Source: Candidatus Saccharimonadota bacterium
GTDB taxonomy: Bacteria; Patescibacteriota; Patescibacteriia; 2-12-FULL-60-25
Reading direction: 5' to 3'
Assembly: GCA_023898425.1 (NCBI GenBank)
Contig: CP060222.1
Location: 150,001-182,000, forward strand
Length of the DNA: 32,000 nucleotides
Shown: positions 1 to 9,807 of the stretch, piece after piece
Numbering within the stretch: position 1 is the stretch's first letter
How the letters are laid out: each line of letters opens with the position of its first letter
Program-made: the position numbers and the translations under genes
Notes under the pieces: generated by a model
Told to the model about the DNA's origin: nothing
The model's input: the letters and a program-made list of their open reading frames with translations, nothing else
Database searches by the model: none

Positions 1-459
1 GAACTCTGTACCGATATGGCGATGACGGTCATTGTTGGCGAAGTAGATGAAAAAGTAAAAGAGCTCGTAAAGGTTACAAGAGAGGCACTGGTAAAGGGGC
101 TCTCTGTCGTAAAAGCGGGTCGTTATATTCATGACATTGGTGCCGCGATCGAAGATTTTGTTAAACCTTATGGCTTTGGCATAGTTAAAGATCTTGTCGG
201 CCATGGTGTTGGTCATGCTGTTCACGAAGATCCGCTTGTGCCTAATTATCGCGATCGACATATGCCTAAGGTAAAAATGCTCGAAGGGATGGTTATCGCG
301 ATTGAACCAATGATCACTCTTAAAAAACCTGGCGTCCATATGAAAGATGATCAATGGACGATCGCAACAAATGACAAAAGTATTTGCGCGCACTCAGAGG
401 TTACCGTTGCTATTACAAAAACAGGTTATGAATTAATCACCCCTTGGCCAGATGCCTAG
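1..459 (+). CDS. map: Methionine aminopeptidase type I, C-terminal part (5' end lies upstream of the window)
   Basis: The frame is open from nt 1. Motifs HGVGHAVHEDP, AIEPM and AHSEVTVAIT are typical of MetAP-I. TAG stop at 457-459. Confidence 0.9.
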   Translation, partial: ELCTDMAMTVIVGEVDEKVKELVKVTREALVKGLSVVKAGRYIHDIGAAIEDFVKPYGFGIVKDLVGHGVGHAVHEDPLVPNYRDRHMPKVKMLEGMVIAIEPMITLKKPGVHMKDDQWTIATNDKSICAHSEVTVAITKTGYELITPWPDA

Positions 460-846
460 GGTTGATTTTATTATTGGTTTCTGCTAGCGTCCTTGTACCG
501 TAAAACGGCAAGGAGGCACCTTTGACACAAATAAACCAAAAGTCATCCAATGCAAAAAACGAGCCTAATGTGGGGCTGCTAGCGAAGGATGTCCGTCCAT
601 GGGTCATGAAAAAAGAGCTATAAAGCTCAGCTCAAGGAAGGTCCTATTCTAGGAGAGGGTATATATCTCCCAGGTAGAGCTTTTTCATCGCTAACACCAC
701 TTTCTGAGTCTGTACGTCATGGTCGTAGAAGATTTGCTGAAAAGCGATGGAGTTACCCGGGGTTTGTTATTGCGCCAAATAGGAGTCGTCAGAACTCCAC
801 TCAAAAGAGTGTTACTCACTATGTTGTCGCGGATATCTACGGATAT

Positions 847-1830
847 ATGAGGCAACAGTGGTATATCGTCTCTGGTCTTAAAGACGAGAGAGCTCGGATG
901 AAGCGATCCGTTGAGGAGGCGCGCGCCACGGCGAATCTACTACTCAATAAGGGGCATTGCACCAAAGGAGAGCACGACCACATCATGTCGGCTATACTGC
1001 GACTTGAGGCTCAGTACACGGATCCAGACTTTCGTGATGAGTTCAAGATTCGCGCAGGAGATCTGTTTATGCAGGTAGGTGTAGACGGTGACCCGCGACC
1101 AATGCGCAATGCTGTACATGCGATGACGACCTATCGAGGTGCAGCACATCTCGAAAGACGTCAACGTAATACGCATATCATGCTGCATTACTTTCAGCCA
1201 AGATTCTTGCAGGTGAGGGGAGTTGTCAGACAGCTCGAAGATCGACTGCATAGACTTGCACAAGCCTTGGCAAAAAACGGTCGTCTTACTCGTGCCTATC
1301 GCGCATTTCAATCACGTATCAATAGGCAGACGCGCAATGATCTGATTACTGAGCTAGGGGATTTTTCTGACGGCATTCTGATGCTGACATGGATTCAGCC
1401 CTTTGCTCCGCAGGCATTGCGTGCAAAACAATTGAGTGATGAATTGTGCGAGACTGTAAGTCTTGGCGAACATCACGAAGTGGACATGGAGGCGCTTTTT
1501 CAAGAAGTGTGCTTTCGTGTGATGCTGCTGCGGTTAATTGTTCGTGTTGAGCGAGACGGTGTATTGCCGCTTACCTTGCTCGAGCCACAGTTGGCCGAAA
1601 CGTCAGAAAGAGAGCATCGCTCACGTATCTTTGACGTTGTGCAAAGAGATATTGCTACACTTCATCAAAAGATTCTCGACGAGCAAAACGCGTCGCTATC
1701 TCTGCTTACGGGGCTAGACCCTTGGCTAGAAAAACTGCGGCTTTGCTCTAGAAATAACTTTTCTCATCATGGCATCATGCGTAATGACATGAAGTGCTTT
1801 TCGAGCTTTTTGGTCACGGCCGAGCTTTGA
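847..1830 (+). CDS. Hypothetical Arg/His/Leu-rich helical protein. The same frame stays stop-free upstream to nt 610, so the true 5' end may lie near 599-606.
   Basis: 327-aa ORF from the track with no motif I recognise. It looks GC-richer than its neighbours by eye. A strong hairpin terminator follows it. Confidence 0.6.
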   Translation: MRQQWYIVSGLKDERARMKRSVEEARATANLLLNKGHCTKGEHDHIMSAILRLEAQYTDPDFRDEFKIRAGDLFMQVGVDGDPRPMRNAVHAMTTYRGAAHLERRQRNTHIMLHYFQPRFLQVRGVVRQLEDRLHRLAQALAKNGRLTRAYRAFQSRINRQTRNDLITELGDFSDGILMLTWIQPFAPQALRAKQLSDELCETVSLGEHHEVDMEALFQEVCFRVMLLRLIVRVERDGVLPLTLLEPQLAETSEREHRSRIFDVVQRDIATLHQKILDEQNASLSLLTGLDPWLEKLRLCSRNNFSHHGIMRNDMKCFSSFLVTAEL

Positions 1831-1843
1831 GAGTCCGAATCTG

Positions 1844-1896
1844 TCACCTCGCGCCACCTCTTTTAGAGGGTACTGGCGCGAGGTGATTTTGTTTGT
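1844..1896 (+). terminator. Rho-independent terminator
   Basis: 13-bp stem tcacctcgcgcca / tggcgcgaggtga followed by ttttgtttg. Confidence 0.65.
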
Positions 1897-1910
1897 TAAT
1901 AACCTGTTGT

Positions 1911-2729
1911 ATGCCCGAATTACCAGAGGTCGAAACGATTAAAAGACAGTTAAATGAGCGCTTGGTCAATAAGCGTATTATTGGCGTTGAAGTTATCCAC
2001 TCTGGCCGTGAATTTCCAAGAGAGGCTCTATTTGTTGATCAACTCAAAGATCGCAAGATTATCGCCGTTAAACGTCGTGCAAAGCTTCTCATTTTTTATT
2101 TTATGGATGGCGGTGTTATGACAGCTCATCTTAAAATGACAGGTAAATTTCTTTTTGCAGAGAAGGGGTATAAACCAAAAAAGCATGATCATATCCTCTT
2201 TTATTTAGATGACGGCAGCACAATGATTTGGTCAGATGTGCGTAAATTTGGTTTTGTGAATCTCCTTACCGATGAACAACTTGAAGATGAGATTGCGGAT
2301 TATGGACCAGAGCCTTTAGAGCATGAGATTCAGATTCTTGCGGATGCATTAAAACGATTTTCGACGCGTGCGATCAAATCGGTTTTGTTGGATCAGAAAG
2401 TCATTGCAGGTATCGGCAATATTTATGCTGACGAATCGCTTTTTCGTGCGCGCATACATCCGTCTACACGTGCACATCTACTTACCGACGAGCAACGCTT
2501 TTTCTTAGCAAAAGAGATTCAGCTGGTTTTGACAGAATCTATCAAGCAAAAGGGGACGAGCGCAAATGATTATGTTGATACTCAGGGTGAACGCGGCGGT
2601 TTTTTGTCATTGCTACGTGTTTATGGTCGGGCAGGGGAGAAGTGTGTGAGCTGCAAGAAAACGACTATTCAAAAAATCACTCAAGCCGGACGAGGGACAC
2701 ATTTTTGTCCAAAGTGCCAAATAGCGTAA
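1911..2729 (+). CDS. mutM: Formamidopyrimidine-DNA glycosylase (Fpg/MutM)
   Basis: N-terminus MPELPEVE gives the Pro2 nucleophile if the ATG at 1911 is used; the track's TTG at 1893 is unlikely. H2TH region present. C-terminal zinc finger CVSC...CPKC. Confidence 0.9.
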   Translation: MPELPEVETIKRQLNERLVNKRIIGVEVIHSGREFPREALFVDQLKDRKIIAVKRRAKLLIFYFMDGGVMTAHLKMTGKFLFAEKGYKPKKHDHILFYLDDGSTMIWSDVRKFGFVNLLTDEQLEDEIADYGPEPLEHEIQILADALKRFSTRAIKSVLLDQKVIAGIGNIYADESLFRARIHPSTRAHLLTDEQRFFLAKEIQLVLTESIKQKGTSANDYVDTQGERGGFLSLLRVYGRAGEKCVSCKKTTIQKITQAGRGTHFCPKCQIA

Positions 2730-2738
2730 ACTATCTTT

Positions 2739-3488
2739 ATGAAATCACTTCTTGCAAAGAACCTTGAGCAGACCCTGATAAAACGTCGAGATATTGAGCG
2801 CGGTGTTTTTTTGCAGAGATTTTTTAAGACGGGTCCCGGTGAATACGGAGAGGGAGATCTTTTTTTGGGATTGTCCGTGCCTTCTATTCGTAAGGATTGT
2901 ATCCCATACAAGGCACTTGAACTGAACGAAATAGAAAAGCTTTTGCAATCTCCTTGGCATGAGGTGCGTTTGGCGGCGGTTATTCTTTTAGCTGAACAAG
3001 CAAAAAAAGCGAAAGATGAAAAAACACAAAAGACATTAGCAGCCTTTTATCTTCGTCATGCTGATCGCATTAATAACTGGGATCTTGTTGATACGTCTGC
3101 TGTCGCTGTTCTTGGCCCGATGGTCGAAAAATTTGGTTATGAGTATCTTCGTCCACTTATTCGTTCAAAGCTTCTTTGGAAACGTCGCATGGCGATGATT
3201 TCGACACTTTATCTCATTAAAAAAGGAGAGGCTGATCTTGCACTGACTGTTGCGGAGGCGCTTATTGATGATCGACATGATTTGATGCAAAAAGCTGTTG
3301 GTTGGATGTTACGCGAGGTTGGTAAACACGCCAGTATGGCAAAGCTTAATGGCTTCTTAGAAAAACATGCAGCGACTATGCCGCGCACGGCTTTGCGTTA
3401 CGCGCTTGAACGTCATCCAGCTTTTGCAAAAAAGCGTTTTATGAAGTTGAAGGATGGTATTGATTTGAATATCTATGAACAGCGCTAA
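2739..3488 (+). CDS. DNA alkylation repair protein (AlkD-like HEAT-repeat glycosylase family)
   Basis: N-terminal FFKTGPGEYGEGDLFLGLSVPSIRK plus NNWDLVD and GWMLRE motifs are characteristic of the DNA_alkylation family. It starts 9 nt after mutM. Confidence 0.8.
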   Translation: MKSLLAKNLEQTLIKRRDIERGVFLQRFFKTGPGEYGEGDLFLGLSVPSIRKDCIPYKALELNEIEKLLQSPWHEVRLAAVILLAEQAKKAKDEKTQKTLAAFYLRHADRINNWDLVDTSAVAVLGPMVEKFGYEYLRPLIRSKLLWKRRMAMISTLYLIKKGEADLALTVAEALIDDRHDLMQKAVGWMLREVGKHASMAKLNGFLEKHAATMPRTALRYALERHPAFAKKRFMKLKDGIDLNIYEQR

Positions 3489-4146
3489 TGTGACTATCGA
3501 AGCAAGTTGGAAAAAGGCACTTGATGCCGAATTTGGCCAAGGATATTTCTCAACGCTCGCTGAATTTGTAAAGAACGAATATAAAACGACAAAGGTTTAT
3601 CCGGCGCCAGCACAAATTTTTCGCGCATTCGATGAATGTCCATTTGATCAAGTAAAGGTCGTTATTATTGGGCAGGATCCTTATCATGGACCAGGGCAAG
3701 CGCATGGGCTCTGTTTTTCTGTAGGTAAGAGTATTGCGATACCTCCATCACTCAAAAACATTTTTAAAGAGATTGCTGATGATATAGGTACGCCACTTAC
3801 GCAAGATGGTGACTTGTCTCGATGGGCAAAACAAGGTGTTTTTCTTTTAAATGCAACGTTAACGGTGCGTGAGGGACAGGCGGGTTCACACCAGGGTAAG
3901 GGTTGGGAGAAATTTACCGACGCTGCAATTAAGGTTATTTCGGATCAACGCGAAGGCATTGTCTTTTTGCTATGGGGACGATATGCGCAACAAAAAGAAT
4001 CACTAATAGATACGTCCAAGCATTTTGTATTAAAAACGGTACATCCATCACCGCTTAGCGCTTATGCTGGATGGTTTGGTTGCAAGCACTTTAGTAAGGC
4101 AAATGAGTATCTGATAGCAAAAGGTAAGCAACCAATTCAGTGGTAG
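3475..4146 (+). CDS. ung: Uracil-DNA glycosylase, family 1
   Basis: GQDPYHGPGQAHGLCFSV and HPSPLS motifs. It overlaps the preceding gene by 14 nt. Confidence 0.93.
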   Translation: MNSANVTIEASWKKALDAEFGQGYFSTLAEFVKNEYKTTKVYPAPAQIFRAFDECPFDQVKVVIIGQDPYHGPGQAHGLCFSVGKSIAIPPSLKNIFKEIADDIGTPLTQDGDLSRWAKQGVFLLNATLTVREGQAGSHQGKGWEKFTDAAIKVISDQREGIVFLLWGRYAQQKESLIDTSKHFVLKTVHPSPLSAYAGWFGCKHFSKANEYLIAKGKQPIQW

Positions 4147-4227
4147 TCATGAGGTTTACTTGACGAAAGATGTTGAGGTTGGTTCTCTAATGAAGTCATC
4201 GCCCTTTAACAACACAAGGAGATTGTC

Positions 4228-5448
4228 GTGAAAAAAATTTCAGCGGATGCGCTCGAGAAGCAGACAAACTCTTTGATCGAAGCTGCTCATCGAGGTACTC
4301 TCACCGAAGCTATTCTAGCGATTAAAGCTAGGGAATATTACTACGTTCATGACTTGGGGCTGACTACGTCAGTAGGCATCTCCTGGATGCAGGAACAGGC
4401 AAATCTGTTTCATCGTATTGTTCGTGACCCTCTGGATTTTCATCGTAAGTTTATTCTCGATGGCCCATACGCAGTGCTTATTTTGTGTCAGAAAGAATAT
4501 CTTACGGCTATAAGAGATGAGTCGCAGCGATACACGTTTGTAGAATCCGTCATTCGTCAGCACTCAATAGGAAATATCCTTTGGGTGCAGAATCTTCTCG
4601 AGATTGGGATGGAGGCTCACCGTGTTCGTGCGCTTGTTGTGAGCCGACTTCGTCTTGATCAAGAGCTTGGTGTTTGTACGCGCGCAACAAGCTTTACACA
4701 AGCGTTTTTAAACGAAGGTCATAAGTTCTTTCGACCAAAGACGGTCTATCATGGAGTGTGGCATCTCTTGGGCAAGGAAGTCTTCTTTGAAGAGGTTCAT
4801 CTCATCGCAGATTTACTTCCTCAAAAGGTTCTTGCGCGCATTGAGGCGATCCGAGAAGAATTTTATGCGCCAACCGACACACTTGTCATTCGGTGTGTTA
4901 AGGCGCTTACTTCGCTGTCAGGAATTAACGCTCGTTATCTAGTATTGGTAAAAATACACGAGCTCTATCAGCTATTGATGCGAGTAAAAATAAATACACA
5001 CTCGAGAGAAGAAGTTGAATTATTGTTTTTGCTATTAAGCGAGATGATTATTCGACTTGACCCTGAAAAATTAGATGCGGCAATATTTCGTGTACGCGGA
5101 CTGACCCAAAGTGTCGAAAGCGCACTAGTATATCAGGTTATGACCCAGCTGTTACCACCAAAGAACGTTTGTGATGTCGTAGCGCTTCAGCACTGGTCGG
5201 ATGAAATACATCACACCATGGTCCAAGGTGGTTGGATTTTTTCTCGTGCCGAACTCATCTTGATCCCGAGTCCGCTCGATAGTCCAAAATATAGAATCGG
5301 CTGCAGGTTGAATGAACAGATCTACCTTCATGACCGATACGCTGGATGGGAAATCAATGTTGGTGACGACATCATGTTTTTGCCATCACAAGCTGAGCAA
5401 CTTAAGCATGTCTCTATCACGCGACTGCATTCTCTCAAAAGAGGCTGA
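4228..5448 (+). CDS. Hypothetical 406-aa protein, mostly helical
   Basis: GTG start preceded by aaggag. Long ORF with no recognisable motif. It has its own downstream terminator. Confidence 0.6.
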   Translation: MKKISADALEKQTNSLIEAAHRGTLTEAILAIKAREYYYVHDLGLTTSVGISWMQEQANLFHRIVRDPLDFHRKFILDGPYAVLILCQKEYLTAIRDESQRYTFVESVIRQHSIGNILWVQNLLEIGMEAHRVRALVVSRLRLDQELGVCTRATSFTQAFLNEGHKFFRPKTVYHGVWHLLGKEVFFEEVHLIADLLPQKVLARIEAIREEFYAPTDTLVIRCVKALTSLSGINARYLVLVKIHELYQLLMRVKINTHSREEVELLFLLLSEMIIRLDPEKLDAAIFRVRGLTQSVESALVYQVMTQLLPPKNVCDVVALQHWSDEIHHTMVQGGWIFSRAELILIPSPLDSPKYRIGCRLNEQIYLHDRYAGWEINVGDDIMFLPSQAEQLKHVSITRLHSLKRG

Positions 5449-5455
5449 TATAACT

Positions 5456-5496
5456 CACCCCTGTCTATAGAAAGAATGTAGGTAGGGGTGTTTTTT
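5456..5496 (+). terminator. Probable rho-independent terminator
   Basis: cacccct / aggggtg stem with a large loop, followed by tttttt. Confidence 0.45.
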
Positions 5497-5535
5497 GTCC
5501 TTTCCTTTTTTACCACAATCCTTTACTCTCCCAGC

Positions 5536-6666
5536 ATGATCCAAGAGCTGCGTGAGCAATTACTAGCGCTAAAAACCAAGGTGGATGAAGCTTGGGGTAT
5601 TTTGGCTTTGGATACGACAAAAAAAGAAATAGCCGCTCTTGAGGCCGAAACGATGTCGGCGGATTTTTGGCAGGATCAAGAGCGTGCCACACGTGAGTCC
5701 CAAAAGCTTGCAGAGCTTAGACGTGAAATCGAAGAATGGGAGGTTATTCGTCTAGCAATCGCAGACTCGTTAGAGTTGCTCGACATGGCAGAATCCGAGA
5801 AAGATCAAGACACAGTCAAAGAAATTGAAAAAAAGCTTGCTGAATTAGAAACAGAGTTCACCAAGTTAGAATTTAGCCTAATGTTTTCGGGTGACCATGA
5901 TCAGGCGAATGCGATTATTGGCATCCATGCTGGCGCTGGCGGGACAGATGCGCAGGATTGGGCAGAGATGATAATGCGAATGCTTTTTCGTTTTGCTGAA
6001 CGTAAAGGTTGGAAGGTGCAATTATTGGATGAGTCGAGAGGTGGAGAAGCGGGTATCAAGTCGGCTGTTTTTCGCGTTGAAGGTCGTTTTGCTTATGGTC
6101 ATTTAAAGAGCGAGCACGGTGTACATCGTTTAGTTCGTCAATCGCCATTTAATGCCGATGCGTTACGTCAAACGTCTTTTGCCCTTGTAGAAGTTATTCC
6201 TGAAATCGAGCATGATTCTGATATTGAGATTAAAAACGAAGATTTGCGTATCGATACCTTTACCGCCGGTGGAAAAGGTGGACAGTCGGTGAATACAACA
6301 TACTCAGCCGTGCGTATCGTGCATCTACCAACGGGTATTATGGTTTCGTGTCAAAATGAGCGATCACAAACGCAAAACAAAGAATTTGCGATGCGTGTAC
6401 TCAAATCAAAATTAGCAAAATTACGCGAAGAAGAATTACAAAAAGAAAAACAGCAACTTCGTGGCGAATACCAAAGCGCAGAATGGGGCAATCAAATTCG
6501 TTCATATGTTTTGCATCCATATAAGATGGTCAAAGATCATCGTACCGATGTTGAAACCGCCGATCCTGAAAAAGTTCTTGATGGTGATATTGATGCGTTT
6601 ATTGAGGGCTACCTTAGAATGGAAGCGGGTAAACACGATGTACCAGCGGAGCTCAATAAGGATTAA
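5536..6666 (+). CDS. prfB: Peptide chain release factor 2, encoded in a single frame
   Basis: SPF tripeptide (SPFNAD) and GGQ motif (GGKGGQSVNT). ATG 5536 (MIQELREQ) is preferred over the track's start at 5488, which lies inside the upstream terminator. Confidence 0.9.
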   Translation: MIQELREQLLALKTKVDEAWGILALDTTKKEIAALEAETMSADFWQDQERATRESQKLAELRREIEEWEVIRLAIADSLELLDMAESEKDQDTVKEIEKKLAELETEFTKLEFSLMFSGDHDQANAIIGIHAGAGGTDAQDWAEMIMRMLFRFAERKGWKVQLLDESRGGEAGIKSAVFRVEGRFAYGHLKSEHGVHRLVRQSPFNADALRQTSFALVEVIPEIEHDSDIEIKNEDLRIDTFTAGGKGGQSVNTTYSAVRIVHLPTGIMVSCQNERSQTQNKEFAMRVLKSKLAKLREEELQKEKQQLRGEYQSAEWGNQIRSYVLHPYKMVKDHRTDVETADPEKVLDGDIDAFIEGYLRMEAGKHDVPAELNKD

Positions 6667-6724
6667 GATGCTCAATGGATTGACTTTGTTCGTTGGATGT
6701 TTATAGTGCGCAAACGGAGGCAGC

Positions 6725-6923
6725 ATGTCGAGCAATAAAGACTGTCCGCACTTGAAAGAGTGCCCCATGTTTTCCCTATTAAGTCGTACCGCTAAAATCT
6801 GGCAAGACAACTATTGCAATGATGATTTTGCGCGCTGTGCACGCTATAAACTTTCTTGCGAAGGCAGGCAAGTCGCCTCAGTTGCTAATGCCAAATGGCA
6901 AATTACTCAAAGTCGTAAAATGA
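6725..6923 (+). CDS. Small Cys-rich protein (CPHLKECPMF...YC...CARY), interrupted by a +1 frameshift near 6848-6853. The track ORF 6725..7006 reads through in the wrong frame.
   Basis: Strong RBS ggagg 5 nt upstream. After CARY the adjacent frame reads FLAKAGKSPQLLMPNGKLLKVVK and stops at 6921-6923. A hairpin plus T-run follows at about 6937-6960. Confidence 0.5.
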
Positions 6924-7002
6924 CGAACTCTGTAAAGACCATGCAGGCGCGCGTGGTTTTTTATTTGCTTTTAATAGCCAAAGAAACGAGTAGAGTACCG
7001 TT

Positions 7003-7815
7003 ATGAATCCCTCAGAAATCAAAGTTTTATTAGAACAGTTAGGCGGAGCGCCAAATAAGCGCTTGGGTCAGCATTTTTTGATTGATGGAGCGACGCTAGA
7101 AACCATTGTAGAAGCAGGGGAGATTCAAGAGGGTGACACGGTGCTTGAGATTGGTCCGGGACTAGGGGTATTAACAAATGAGCTTTTAGATCGCGGCGCT
7201 AACGTTATTGCCATCGAAAAAGACAAGCGTTATGCGGCCTACCATGAATCTCGCAAACTCAAGAACTTGAAGATTGTGCTAGGTGATGCGATTCAGCTCG
7301 ATTGGCTAAAACTTGTTGGTAAAAAGCCATGGAAGTTTATCGCGAATTTGCCATACGCTATTACGTCTTATGCGTTGCGTCTTGGCTTGTGGTCAAAGCA
7401 TCCTCCAGAATGCATGGTGGTGCTTGTGCAAAAAGAGGTGGCAGAGCGTGCTATTTCGCGTGATGGTAAGCAATCATTGCTTTCGCTCATGGTAGCGCTC
7501 GTATCGAGTGAAATGCGCATTTTGCGTAAAGTTCCACCAGGGTGTTTTTATCCGCCGCCAAGAGTTGATTCAGCGGTGCTTTATGTAAAGCCAATGCCAG
7601 TAAAAGATCGTGCAAATCATTGGGGGATAGAGCCAGAGCAAATTATGCTTCTCGCAAAGAAAGGTTTCGCGAAACCACGAAAGCTCTTGCGATCAAATAT
7701 AGACGTTTCTGAGGATCAGTCCCAAGCATGGGAATCGCTCGGTATAAATCCAAAAGCGAGAGCAGAGGATTTATCCCCAAGGCAGTGGGCAGAGCTTGCA
7801 AAGACAGTAAAATAG
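7003..7815 (+). CDS. rsmA: 16S rRNA (adenine1518/1519-N6)-dimethyltransferase
   Basis: LGQHFL, VLEIGPGLGVLT (SAM-binding site) and ANLPY motifs. Confidence 0.93.
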   Translation: MNPSEIKVLLEQLGGAPNKRLGQHFLIDGATLETIVEAGEIQEGDTVLEIGPGLGVLTNELLDRGANVIAIEKDKRYAAYHESRKLKNLKIVLGDAIQLDWLKLVGKKPWKFIANLPYAITSYALRLGLWSKHPPECMVVLVQKEVAERAISRDGKQSLLSLMVALVSSEMRILRKVPPGCFYPPPRVDSAVLYVKPMPVKDRANHWGIEPEQIMLLAKKGFAKPRKLLRSNIDVSEDQSQAWESLGINPKARAEDLSPRQWAELAKTVK

Positions 7816-7818
7816 GCA

Positions 7819-7850
7819 AAAAACCCACCAGTAAAAGGTGGGTTTTTCTT
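7819..7850 (+). terminator. Rho-independent terminator
   Basis: aaacccacc / ggtgggttt stem followed by a T-run. Confidence 0.7.
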
Positions 7851-7898
7851 AGGGTTTTTTCACATTTAAGAACGTAGTAGGCAAAAAGCCTTGAATAC

Positions 7899-7927
7899 TT
7901 GACATCATTGATGTTTTTCATTAAACT
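7899..7927 (+). promoter_or_regulatory. Candidate sigma-70 promoter of the 16S gene
   Basis: TTGACA (7899-7904), 17-nt spacer, TAAACT (7922-7927). Confidence 0.5.
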
Positions 7928-7968
7928 TCCCGCACTACTTGAGAGATCCGCAAGGGCCTCGCAAGCGA

Positions 7969-7998
7969 AACTTTGACAGCAGAAGAGTGATTGGAACC
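7969..7998 (+). other. 16S leader half of the long-range processing stem; pairs with 9683-9715
   Basis: aactttgac...agagtgattggaacct is complementary to aggtttccaatcactct...gtcaaagtt downstream of the 16S. Confidence 0.6.
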
Positions 7999-8053
7999 TA
8001 AGTTCAAGTCTATTTACTTTGATCCCAACTTTCCGCCAGGGAAGTTGTGGGTT

Positions 8054-9556
<1,503 letters not shown>

Positions 9557-9682
9557 CTAGGGAGAAATTTCCAAATATGGAATTATTGACCGATGGTCGA
9601 TTTTTCTGACATTTATGTCAGAAAATTTAGTGCGAAACGACCTACATATTTTTGTAGGAACGTCGTACGCTAGATTGAACGA

Positions 9683-9715
9683 AGGTTTCCAATCACTCTT
9701 TTGAGAGTCAAAGTT
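9683..9715 (+). other. 16S trailer half of the processing stem
   Basis: Complementary to 7969-7998. Further local hairpins lie in 9590-9670. Confidence 0.6.
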
Positions 9716-9720
9716 AAAAG

Positions 9721-9741
9721 CCTCGCGTAAGCGGGGTTTTA
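9721..9741 (+). terminator. Probable terminator ending the 16S transcription unit
   Basis: cctcgc-gtaa-gcgggg hairpin followed by tttt. Confidence 0.5.
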
Positions 9742-9807
9742 TCGTTGCGTGAATAGTGAGAGTGATAGTGACAATGAGCTTGTATGTGCTAGGATACCCC
9801 CAACTCT

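Noticed and set aside
460-606. Possible structured ncRNA (tmRNA, RNase P or SRP RNA) after map: a GGGGCTGCTAGCG start, a repeated ctgctagcg, and the hairpin ccttgtaccg/cggcaagg.
   Set aside because: No tRNA-like 3' end with CCA, no GGAAAGTCCGG (P4) motif and no GGAAG...AGCAG SRP motif. The similarity is limited to a few bases.
719-850. 43-aa ORF (MVVEDLLKSDG...) ending in an ATGA overlap with the ATG at 847, which suggested translational coupling.
   Set aside because: The frame of ORF 847 is itself stop-free across this whole stretch. A frameshifted N-terminal extension is the simpler explanation, and the small ORF has no RBS.
940-1311. 123-aa antisense ORF inside the 847-1830 gene.
   Set aside because: It is fully nested antisense to a longer ORF, its composition is not protein-like, and it has no RBS.
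5560-5640. Programmed +1 frameshift site in prfB.
   Set aside because: No in-frame TGA and no CTTTGAC motif. The ORF is continuous.
9557-9807. Searched the region after the 16S for spacer tRNA-Ile or tRNA-Ala, or the start of a 23S gene.
   Set aside because: Only short hairpins, the processing-stem trailer and a terminator are present. No cloverleaf and no 23S 5' consensus.
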